Assembly (NCBI GenBank): GCA_964016885.1
Contig: OZ024740.1
Location: 126,790,001-126,854,000, forward strand
Reading direction: 5' to 3'
Length of the DNA: 64,000 nucleotides
Origin: Eledone cirrhosa
Taxonomy: Eukaryota
The notes under the pieces are model-generated. The model saw only the letters and a list, made by a program, of their open reading frames with translations, had not been told where the DNA came from and ran no database searches. Every line of letters starts with the position of its first letter. Positions within the stretch are counted from its first letter, which is position 1. The position numbers and the translations under genes were made by a program. Shown here in pieces: positions 1 through 11,591 of the stretch.

Positions 1-600
1 ATATATATATATGTATATATATGCGTGTATATATGTGTGTGTGTGTGTGTGTGTATGTGTGTGTGTTTATATGCATGTGTGTGTGCGTATGTGTGTGTGT
101 GTATGTGTGTGTGTATATATATATATATGTATGCGTGTGTGTGTGTAGATATGTTTGTGTGTGGGGGGGGGGTGTATGTATGAATGTTTGTATATGTTTG
201 TTTTTAGAGGAACTAAGGCAGACAGATTTCTGTATTCAGATTGGAGTCAATCCTTATCATTAGGTTTCTCTTTAGCTTACAGATGTCTGTAAGATCAGTA
301 TGCGGTCAGTCATGGTAGATGGATTTGGAAGAAGGGGAGATTCCTTAAAAGCTAAATTCTTAAAGGTTCTAGTAAATTGACGAAGGTTTAGAGAATTCTG
401 TAGACAATTTCTAAGTATAATCTATACAACTGTAGCCATAAATTCACGAGACACTTTCAACAGAACATACCCACTCATACACTCGCGCGCACCCATGGGC
501 ACGCGTACGCATGCGCGTGTGCGCGCCTGCACGCACACGCATGTGTATGGGGGAAATATATTTATATTTGTATGCGCGTGCGTGCGTGCGTGCATACACA

Positions 601-654
<54 letters not shown>

Positions 655-774
655 TATACATATACAGATTCTCATCTATATTAAAACTTTCATGCTCTGC
701 GGTGTACTGAGTGCCTTGCTTATTATGGCTGCCTCCGATTCAACCCGAAATAACGTGTGTGTGTATGCGTGTGT

Positions 775-805
<31 letters not shown>

Positions 806-956
806 AGTGTGTGTGCTTTTATGTTTTTTCGTGTATGTGTGGTTGTATGTGTAGTCTTATTTTATTTTTCCTTTCCTTCTTCCTTCTCCAGCCTCACTTT
901 CATATAGCTTGCTTTTTTGTTTTTAAGATCCAAATTCAATAAACAAACCAGGATTT

Positions 957-1016
957 TTTCATTCTGAGGATTGAAAGCAAAACCTTTTGCTTTTAAGAAA
1001 CCACTGGTAAATGGAA
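957..1016 (+). ncRNA. Type I hammerhead ribozyme motif (PLE-type)
   Basis: TTTCATT-CTGAGGA-[TTGAAAGCAAAA cc TTTTGCTTTTAA]-GAAA-CC act GG-TA-AATGGAA: intact CUGANGA/GAAA core, 12-bp stem II, short stem III, GUA triplet, stem I TTTCATT/AATGGAA. Confidence 0.75.
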
Positions 1017-1243
1017 TAATTGCCTTATGTTGTTTATTACATAATAATAATTAAGCTCTGTTGCTTACATAGAGCACTCTTTGTTCCTGGACTTTTCCGA
1101 TGGAATTACTTCACATATATATATATATGTATATATATTCAGTACACAAGGATGCAATTCACTTCTCTCACTCAACGTTATTGTAATATGTATGACGGCT
1201 CAATTAATAAAGGACACTAACTTCTTCAACTTCGCATTTTCAT

Positions 1244-1305
<62 letters not shown>

Positions 1306-1544
1306 AATGGTGTGCTCATGCAGAGATTCTATAAAATAGCTTCTAAACAAGGGTGAATATTTTAAAGACGGCAAAAGATGTTACTATCGGCCGCTTTGAC
1401 GAATCGGATCCATATCTCCCAGATACCGGCCAGGTATATAAGTATATATACTTTAACACTTTTACTACATTTTTCAGTCAAACTATTAAGTTTTGTCAAT
1501 TATATAGTCACCATTACTTATTTTTCAAATTGTTTTATATTATA

Positions 1545-3322
1545 CTAGCAGATTTACCCGGCGTTGCTCGGGGTTTGAAATTATGCTAAGAATATACAGC
1601 TAGCAAGTAAAAGAAGAACATTATTTGTCCCCAACCTAACAAAATAAGCAGAAGTCTTCAATAATTAATGCAAACGAATATTTAGGGCAATCTTTGTACA
1701 CATAAAACTATGCTGATAATGAAGGAAAACACTGAACAGGATGTAGTTATACAAATAATTAAAGACAATACACGTTGCAAATCTGTAAAAAGACAGGCAG
1801 TTTTGCTAAAGTACAAAAAGGTGTAATGAAAGCAGTGTTGTATACAAACAAAACAATAATGAGAGTAGAATAAGAGAAAATCTATTCTTTCAGAGCATCC
1901 TTTGCTGTGTATGGTTAAATTTTGAACTTATAATCCAAAATATCCTGCATGACATATTCATTGGTATGCTTTGTAATGAGTAAGGTGATCTTAGTAAGCA
2001 TCTGGAGAGGTGGCTGTGGGTGGGCAAATGAACCTTACCGTTGGAGGAGCCCATTCCAGCTGATTCAACCCCCCCCCCCCCCAACAAACACACACACACT
2101 TTTTAGCTTTACAATGTTGGCAAGTATTTGACATGGCAAATATTTGAATGTCAGGATGGATTTGATAGTTTACATTAGGCTCATAATTACCTGCCTTAAG
2201 GTACCATCGTAAGCCTGATGCTTTTGAAATACCCCGCGATTAAGCTCTACGTTGAGCGTTATCCTCCAGCCGAAAAGCTTGACTTGTTACAGACTCTACA
2301 GCTCGTGCCGTAGCAGTAGCTGAAGCATTTCTCAAATGCCGACTTTGACGTTCTTGCTCAATCTCAATTGCTTTTGCTTTTGCTGCAACATTAGCTGAAG
2401 CATTACGCGCACGACGTCTTTCATATTTTTGTACTGTCTCTGCAAATATTTCTGCAGCAGTATCTGTAGCATCCATAGCAAGGCGTGTTTCACGTTGCTC
2501 TGTAGTCTCTGTAGCTCGTGCTGCAGCAGTTGCTTTAGCATTATTGGTTCGCCGCACTAACCGACGCTCAGCTGCGGACAAAGATGTTTCAATAACTGTA
2601 CTCACCGCATTTAGTGATTGTCCATTTTCGGCTATCGGCGGAGCGTCATTTACACGTATTGTTTTCTTTGACCGATAGCCAATATGTGCATACTTTCTTA
2701 TACGGGGCATATTTGGTAAAAAGTTGTAAAGTCAAAATGTATGAATTGAAGCGCTACAGTTAACTTTGAAAGTGCAACACATTTTTTTTGTATCGACATG
2801 GCTTATGAAAGTTTAAAAAATGTAAAAGTTGTAGGTCCTAATGGTTTGAATGGAAAATCCCATAACGATTGTTCTAAAAATAAACAAACCATCATCAAAA
2901 TCTCGTCAATTCGAGACTGCTGCGAGATTAGGCCCTTAACGCAAAAATTAACACTTAATATAGTGAAACAAGTTAAAACAAGTGTTTTTTTAACTTTGAA
3001 AGTGCAACAAAGAATAAACAAGAAACAAACGATAATATTAGTGATTTATCTTCAAATGAATGTGATGTTTATATTTCTGAAGTTGGTTATCGCCCCTACA
3101 TCAATTTTGCCCGTACATCAATATTGCTACCGATAATTTTGATATCGGTTTTTTATTGCTCAACGTGGGTCGATTTGAAAAATGTTTGCGATGTGACAAT
3201 CTTAGCGACATGTGCAACGTGCACACAAAATGTGATCAAATTCAGTTGGTAATTGTAAACGCCTTAAGTATGCAAAGTTGTACACAGACACACACACATC
3301 GTCGCTTTTATATATATAAAGA
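1545..3322 (-). mobile_element. Internally deleted Helitron
   Basis: Minus strand starts TC(TTTATATATATAAAAG) at 3322. It ends with the GC hairpin CCCGAGCAACGCCGGG followed by CTAG at 1545, and lies between host A and T with no TSD. Carries ORF 2240-2710. Confidence 0.75.
2240..2710 (-). pseudogene. N-terminal fragment of Helitron Rep/helicase
   Basis: R/E/A-rich repeats (ETTEQRETRL, EQERQSRHL, RLEDNAQRR) typical of RepHel N-termini. Lies inside Helitron termini; Rep and helicase cores are absent. Confidence 0.55.
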
Positions 3323-3436
3323 TCTATCTTAGTTGGTCGAATGTTTATGACCAGACTGCAACAACACAAATGGTGGTAGTAATTTTCAGAAACTATAGAC
3401 ACAACATACAGCGAGTGTGTGTGTGTGTGTTTGTGC

Positions 3437-3471
<35 letters not shown>

Positions 3472-4165
3472 GCAGACTCACAGACACACACATATATTTC
3501 TTTAAAATAATATACATATGGTTAGATAGATAGAATTTTACGTAAATATTTATTATCATAATATTTAGAAAAAGAAAATTACAAGGAGAAAGGAGTGAGC
3601 ATAGTGATCCTTTGAGAAACCAACCTAGAAAAAATTGGAACACAGTATTATGTGGAAAGATACGACGAGAGAATGAAGTAGCGATAGTGAAATGAAAGAC
3701 AGGGAGTGTAATATAGAAGGAAGGGAAGTTTGAGAAGAGGTTGAACAGATATGTAAATAGGTGGCGAGAATGTTTTATGTCAGTGATTTCAATAGCAGAA
3801 CTTTTCATTTACAATTAGATATTAATATGATGTTGGACTTTGTACGTAAATCAACTAGGCAAAATTCAAATGTACCTCATCCATAGGCAACGATGCAGAA
3901 AGTTATTTGAATATCTTAAATCATCTTAGTGGAAATCTCAGTGGAAATAATAGAATGTAATGATGATGATGGGGATATTGTGATGGGGGTGGTGGTGATG
4001 ATGATGATCATCATCATGATTATTATGATCATAATAATTATTATTTTTTTAGTGATGATGTTTATGATCATGGTCTTGATTTGGTATATATACCTCCAAG
4101 TCTTTTTATAGACATATTGTGGTGAAAAACTCTATTCACATCAGCCTATGGTAAAATATGTTCTA

Positions 4166-4275
4166 ATGAAAGGCAAGGATGGCTTCGGCGAGATTTGAAA
4201 TCAGAATGCGAGGAGATGGAATATATACTGCATTTAACCGATGCTTTAGCGGTACTGCTAAACCACAGCCGAATT
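4166..4275 (-). mobile_element. Degenerate tRNA-derived SINE fragment
   Basis: Minus strand reads ...TTCAAATCTCGCCGAAG...GCCTTTCAT, collinear with the SINE at 19607-19772 (CGCCGAGGTTAACTTTGCCTTTCATCC). Confidence 0.45.
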
Positions 4276-4339
4276 ATCAACAAGAACGTTAAAAATAATA
4301 GTTACTTTTAACAATAAATAATTATCGTTATTGTTATTA

Positions 4340-5625
4340 TCATTAAGCTCATTTCATCATCCGCTATTTCTGTATTTCCGAGTACAGAGCTGTGTGGCCA
4401 GAATATGTACAGGGTACATGATGATTCGAGTAAAATGCTTGCCATGTAGTGGCTTATTTTGCCATTTTCATTCATATGCTCAAGATTTTCTCCTTTTGGT
4501 TTCGTTTTTGTAGCCTTTGGTGACACTGTTGGTGGAAGAGGAGTCTCTTGTTTTATATCTGCGCTTGGATTTATTTTGCACATGTATTTGGTGTTTTCTG
4601 CTGGCCTTATGCTGTTTTACTGACTCCATCATACAATTATTTCTTTCCTCGATATATTTGTGCGGACAAATTATTGTTGTTTTGTAGGACAGCTCCAGTT
4701 GGATTAGACATCTAGCTCCTTCAGGTCTGGGCAGGTAAATTTGCTCAACGTCCGCTTTAGGGTAGTGCATACGGTGACATGTTTACGTATCAAAGTATCC
4801 ATTTGTTTGATATCCTGTAATTTCCAGTAACTATGCTAAGGAAGTATTGAAGAACTGAAAAGCTTTGCATACTTATCAAGACCGAAGTCCATGTTCATGT
4901 CGTCACTAAAATATTTTACTGTCTTAAGAAAAACCATATTTAGCGAAGAGCTTAATATCTACCATATAGAAGTGATGGCTGAAAAGACTTTCTTTAATTT
5001 TGTGGTCATATATAGAAATCCTTAGATCACGAAGAAAGACATTTATGCAATACAGAAGAGCAGGAGGTACAATGAATATACATGGAATATTCCTCTGTGT
5101 ATTGAGATTTATTCCGAATTTGTTGTCACTTTGCTGAGTTGTTTTCATTCAACCCATCGTTTGTTTCATGGAATTTATAATTTTGTGGGATAATTTGTGA
5201 ATCTCAAGAGATTGAAGGATATATGAATTGGGGACATTATCAAAGACTTTTCGATAGTCTATCCAGGCTATGCGGTGAATTTGCTTCTTTGTAGAGCAGT
5301 TTTCCAGTATTATTTTGTTTATCAATAGTTACACTTTAGAAACCTATGATTCTCCGTTTCAACTCCTTTTGCGCTATTCGAAAGATATTGAGAAATGAGT
5401 ACATAGTTGTTATTCCCTTGAGGACAGGATGCCGTGGCTTTTGTGATTTCTACACGAGTGACAGCTAGAGTCTCCTTACCTTTGGGAAAGTAGTTATGTT
5501 TATTTTAGATATTTATTTTCTTAGCCACTTTTATACATGTTGATTTACACAAGGAAAAACCCACGCTCTATCGTCCTATAGTCTCTTAAATGTTGCCTTA
5601 ATGTGAGTCGGCTAAGAAAGAAATA
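4340..5625 (-). pseudogene. Old, fragmented R4/Dong-type non-LTR retrotransposon (related to family B)
   Basis: ORF fragments MHYPKADVEQIYLPRPEG..LIQLE and HHFYMVDIKLFAK match family B motifs HHPKADIDRIYLPRKEGG and HLFYMDDLKLFAK. Many stops and indels. Confidence 0.7.
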
Positions 5626-5640
5626 TTATTATCATTATTG

Positions 5641-8595
5641 TTCTTTGAGTCTCAGTCATTGATGTTATTTAACTGGAAAGTTTGTTGAAATGAATATCAA
5701 GCAGCTATTTGTAGCCTCAGACATTAAGGACGCATCGGAGGGTTCTTGCTGTTCCCAGCAAGCATGCCTTTTGAAGGGATCCAAAAAATGTGGCTGGACT
5801 AATCTTCTTTAACCATCATTGGAAATTCTTTGAGACAGTATCTAGTGCGCCTATGACAATCAGGACGACCTTGATCTCATGGCAGTTACAAATCCTTTAC
5901 AACTCCCAATTTAAATCCTGGTTTCGGTTAATCCTCTCCCTCTCTTTTTCCTGCACTATCGTGTCAAATGGGCAGGTTACACCTACAATCAGGCACGATA
6001 TGTTTCCCTTGTCAAAAACCACCAGGTCAGGCCTAATGTGTTTTAATTTCTAGTCCATCTGTATCCTAAAATCCCATAGCACCTTCACTTGATCGTTTTC
6101 TATCACCGACTCTGGCTTATGCTCGTACCACTTCTCAGAATGTGGTAAATTGTTTAGTTTGCATAGATGCCAGCGAATCACCTTTCCTATCATACCATAT
6201 CTCCAGCCTTGATATTGAGTCTGGGCTAGATGTTTAGACTCGGATACAATGTGTGCCAAAAGTCTCCTCTCTCTCTCTCCACAGATGATACACAGTGAGC
6301 TAGCCTCCTCATTGCCAATATGGTGTTTCACCCACTTCATTCTGAGGGCTAGCTCTTGCGCAGCCATGAGCATTCCATCTGTAGCTTTTTTAAGGTCTAC
6401 TCTATTTAACCAGCTCCATGTCTGTGGAACTCTGAATTCTGTTTTCTTAAAGAATGTGCTATGGAGGGATTTGTCATGAAGGTTGCTCTTCCTCCTTGTT
6501 GTTATTTCTTCCTGGCACACCCCAGGTCTATTGTCCTCTCCTTCAGTACAGTTTTGATCATTAGCTCCCTACTGTCAGCCACATATATGTGCAGACTGTT
6601 TTGCTCCATCTGAACATAGTCCTCTATGCTGATAAGACCTCTTCCACCTTCAGATCTCTTTAAGTAGAGTTTATCAACATCACTCCTCTTGTGGCACATG
6701 TAGTCGGATAGTCATTAGCTTCCTAGACTCCCTATCCATTTCTTTTTGTTGAGCAACATTCCATTTCAGAATTCCCGCACTGTCCCTAATAATAGACAGA
6801 GCTTGGGAATTGACTGCACTTATGACATTCCTACTATTTAGATATGATTTTAGTATTTTCCTTACCTTATGTATTCAGATCTTATCAATTCCTTCATTTA
6901 TTTTTGTCCTTGATGTCATCTGCCTCCAGAACACCTAAATATGTGTATCCCTCCTCAATGTCAATTTCCTATATCATCTCACCTGTTGGTACCTGGATTC
7001 CGTTGTTTCTGCTCAATTTACCGCTCTTCATCACTAGGACACCACCAAATTTCATACATATATCATTGCCTCTCAATACAGACAATGTCAACAAGTACAT
7101 ACAACTCCTTCTCACTCTTTCCAAAGAGTTTAAGATCGTCCATGAAGTGGAGGTGGTTGATGGTAAAATCTCCTCTTCCCATCTTGTATTCTGCTCTCAC
7201 TTTTCGCAATATGAGGGATAAGGATAACAACAAAGGAGACAAACTATCTCCCTGGAAGATAATTCTCTTGTTATTCATGCCTCCCAAGGATACTCCACCT
7301 GGTGTTAGCTCTGTTTCCCAGGACTTCATACTTTTACTTAATAGCTGTCTGATGTCTGCCACCTTGAAGATCTCTAGGCTTTTGGTTATCCAGGAATGAT
7401 GTACCATGTCAAATGCCTTTTTATAAGCTATCCATCCCATGGCTCGGCCAGTATGCTTCCTCTTGCAATTCCTCATTACCATCTTATCAATAAGTAACTG
7501 ATCTTTTGTACGACGGACTTTTTCGGCTTCCTTTCTGTTCGTCCGGTAAGAAGTTGTTTATGTGGAGGTGATAGTAGTTTCCTCATCACAATGCTTGTTA
7601 ACAGTTTCCACATTACGGACAGACATGTGATAGGCCTATAGCTGGTAACCTCATTACACTTGATTCGGTCTTTCATTACCAGAACTGTGGTAATTTTTGG
7701 CAACCACTCTAGTACTTTACCCGCTATCAAACAGTCATTGAACATGGCTGTCAGTTTTGCGTGGAGGGATGATATATTTGTTATCCAATATCCTTGCACA
7801 CCATCTGGCTCTGGTGATTTCCAGTTGGTTAAATGTTTGGCCTGCCCTTTAAGACTTACTGCTGTGATACTCAAATCACTAATCTCCTGTTGAACTCTCA
7901 ATCCACACTGCCTGACTATTATTATCAACATCTTACTCCCATATTCCTCTCCAGAATGTCTTAGTCTGTTCAGCCTCAGGGATCACGTCGTTACCTCTTT
8001 CTTTCCCTTCAAGCTGTTCAAACAACATTTCTGGTTGCTGTCAAACATGCAGCTCTGTCTTTACTGACTAACTCTGTTCTCACACGCTTAATCTTTGCAC
8101 CTTTTGCTACAGTGCGTTGCTTCAGTTCCTCTATGATAACATTTAGCTCTTTTGCCCTAGTTTCATATTTTATCTTCAATCTATCTCTAGTGTCTATATT
8201 TTGTAATGTCCCATTCAGTAAAGACTCAAGCTTTCTAATGTCTTTTCTGATTTCCTTGATTTGAACATTTAGTCGTTTCTTCCACCAAGCTTCTGATATT
8301 TCTTTTTTGTTGTTTCCTCTCGTTTTTATACCAAGTAATTTTTTCACCACGTTTGCGGTTGTTTTGAGGATATTGTTGCATTAGTGAAGTTTCCTCGCCT
8401 CAATGTATGGCATGATATTGTTTACATTAGCTGATATTTCTTTTAACATTTTCCTGTCTACAAATCTTAGGTTCATAGGCTTTCCACTATCATTTTTCAT
8501 TTCATCTACCACTAAGTTCAGAATATCATCCAAATCTAGCCCTAGCCCTCAGCATTCATTTCCTCAATGGCCATATCTTTGTTCCAGATGTTATT
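5641..8595 (-). mobile_element. R4/Dong-type element, family A, older 5'-truncated copy
   Basis: Frameshifted ORF pieces 6050-8350 align with the 1130-aa ORF (WKSPEPDG, IFQGDSLSP, FMDDLKLF, LWDFRIQ). Same 3' UTR as other A copies; flanked by (TTA)n. Confidence 0.9.
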
Positions 8596-8604
8596 TATTA
8601 TTAA

Positions 8605-8652
<48 letters not shown>

Positions 8653-8653
<1 letters not shown>

Positions 8654-11497
8654 GTTGCATTTATCTTGCTTTATGTTCATACGAGTTATCACCAAGTCAC
8701 AACCAGTGACCTCAAGAGACAACAAGGTCCGCCATGTTCAAGAAAGAACATACATACTCACACATGCATCTTTAGTGTATAGAATTGTGATGTACTTATA
8801 TTGACAGAATCTTCCTTAGTATATGGGCAGTTCCCATTAGTACTATCTTTTGTATTTCTCCTATACGCGGGTTTCCTGGGATTTGCGATAAGTAATCATT
8901 AGACCCCTTAGGTATCATTCCCAGAGCGCCTACAACCACTGGTATTGTTTTAGTTCTCAATTTCCACATTTTTCCAATTTCTATCTCCAGGTCCTTATAC
9001 TTGCTCAATTTTTCAAATGTTTTTATAGATACATTCTTGTCTATTGGAACAGACATATCAATTAGCAGGCATACCCTCTTTTTAAAGTCCTTCAATATTA
9101 TATCAGGTATATTTGCATCTATTTTTCGGTCTGTTTGGATGCTAAAGTTCCACAAGATTGAGATGTGATCTTTTTCAAGTATGGGAGGTGGTTGATGCTC
9201 CCACCAATTCTTTTGATGGGGCAGGTCAAAATGCTTACACATTATCCAATGTATGTATTGTGCAGCTCTGTCAAAGCTGTTTAGGACTGCACATTGAAAT
9301 TATATGGTCAATGGTCTCTGGTTGTTTTTTGCATACACGGCATAATGGGCTGCATCCATTTTTTATTATGTTGGCTTGGTAATTTTTTGTTGGCAGACAC
9401 TGATCTTGTGCTGATATAATCAGTCCTTCAGTCTCCGATTTCAGTCCAGAGGATGCCAACCACTGATGGGTTAAAGTTTTGTCAACATCAGGATTGTTAG
9501 CTCGCTCTGGGTATTTTCCATAGAGAGGCTTTTCTTGCCATTTCTTAGCCAGTTGCTGTAGCAGTTCTTTCTTTGCAGTTACTTTTACCTGCTTTGCTTT
9601 TTCTGTGTTTTCCATTTCAGCAGTAAATGGGACTTCTGAAATTTGTAGTCCATTACTGTATCTTTGTGCATCTTTTGTAATGGAATATGATCTTTTGATG
9701 CTTTCGTGTTTCAAAACGAGTTTGATCATCCAATCATGTGATTCCCTTAGATATGTAGATAATCCAAATCTTGCAGTTTTCAACGCAATGTCTAACTGGA
9801 TTAACCCACGTCCTCCTTCTTTCCTAGGGAGATATATTCTATCTATATCTGCCTTAGGGTGATGCATTCTGTGCATGGTTAAGAATTTTCGAATTTTTGT
9901 ATCGAGCCTACGGATCTCTGTGCTTGACCAGTTGATGACATTGTAACTGTAGTTTACTACTGGTATGGCAAGCGTGTTTATGGCATCGATTCTATTCCTT
10001 GCATTCAATTCCGTTCTTAAGATTGCTCTGACTCTGCGGTAACATTCCTTCCTTATCCTTTCCCTCATTGTCGAGTGCTTGATTCCGTCTCCTTCACAAA
10101 CACCTAGATATTTGTAAGTTTTTTCTTGATCAAGTTCTCTTATCACGTTCCCCCGATCAAGATTAATGTCTGAACTCTTCAGCAGCTTTCCTCTGGTGAA
10201 CGTTGCTTTGGCGCATTTATCTAGTCCAAACTCCATTTTAATGTCATCACTGAACTGCTCCACAGTGGATAATAGCCCTTGCAATTGTTCATCATTTTTT
10301 GCAAATAGTTTCAGGTCATCCATGTAGAACAAGTGATTAATGGTTTTGTCATAGACTTTATATCCATGTTTTGTTTCATTGAGCATTTTACTTAATGGTA
10401 TAAGTGCGATGCAGAATAAAAGCGGTGATAAAGAGTCACCCTGAAAAATTCCACAATTAATATTAACTTCTCCAGCTACCAGTGATTGTGTTTCACTATT
10501 CAAAAGGAGTGTCGTTTTCCATGTCTTCATACTGAATGACAAAAACCTCCTGACAACGGGGGATATTTTGAAAATCTCTAAACATTTTTCAATCCAACTG
10601 TGTGGCAAACTATCGAATGCTTTTTTATAATCTATCCAAGCAATCGATAGATGTCTGTGTCTATTATGACAATCTTCCAGTATCATTTTGTTAACCAGAA
10701 GTTGATCCTTACACCCATATGAGCCTCGTTTACACCCTTTCTGCTCAATGGGAAATAGGTCATTTGTTATCAGGTGGTCATATGTGTATTCAGTTAGGAC
10801 TGATGTTAAAATTTTATACATTGTGGTCAAGCAAGTTATCGGTCTGTAATTTTTGGGATAGTTTGTCTCATCATTCTTCGGAAGCAGGAATGTAATGCCG
10901 TTAACTAGCCATGATGGTATCTTTTCTGGCTCCTTAACTATTTCATTGTAAATTTGGGCTACCAGCTCATGAGACTCTGTGAAGGCATTTATCCAAAAGT
11001 TTTGTATTTTGTCTTTTCCTGGGGATTTCCATTTGCTGGTTTTTCTTAGAGCCAAGCGCAACTGTTCAACTGTTATATTTTCCCATATTTGTTCCTCAAG
11101 GTGAGCTGTATCTTTCATTTGTCTGTCTATCCATGGCGCATGTATGTTATGAAATTTTTCTTCGGCCCAGATCATTTCCCAGAATTCTTGCATTTCCTCC
11201 TTGGGTGGTATTGATTTAGCAGTTATTGTTGACTTACCAATTTTTCTGTAGAAGTTTCTTTAGTTGTTTTTGAACATATTATTGTCCTTATAGAATCTAG
11301 ATCGTTTTTCAAAGCGCCTTATACGAGCAGCTTTGGCCGACACTTTTTGCTTGATTATTTCTATCAGCATGTCTATGTCATTTGTTGATTTTTTACTGTA
11401 CTTTTCTTTTCAATTTTCTAAGTTGAGTTTGTTTAACATGTTCACCTACTTTATAGTTTGTTAAAATTTATAGTTTGTTAAAATTTATAGTTTGTTA
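8653..11497 (-). mobile_element. R4/Dong-type element, family B, 5'-truncated
   Basis: ORFs 9271-11193 (RT: GIFQGDSLSP, FYMDDLKL; CRVC..ETIDHIISMC) and 8796-9242 (RLE: PDIIL..DMSVP..EKLSKY), broken by a short deletion near 9275. 3' UTR ends at (TAA)n. Confidence 0.92.
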
Positions 11498-11591
11498 AAT
11501 TTATTATTATTGTTATTCCTTGAATCTCAGTCATTGATGTTGGTTAACTGGAAAGTCCGTTGGATTGAATATCAAGCCACTACCTGCAGCC

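Noticed and set aside
200-430. Possible decayed GIY-YIG C-terminus on the minus strand
   Set aside because: Only vague similarity with many stops; not supportable
21-1356. ORFs rich in YI/CV/HT dipeptides (also 32-37 kb, 45.7-48.2 kb, 50.2-53.7 kb, 57-60.6 kb)
   Set aside because: Translations of (TA)n/(TG)n microsatellites; no protein signal
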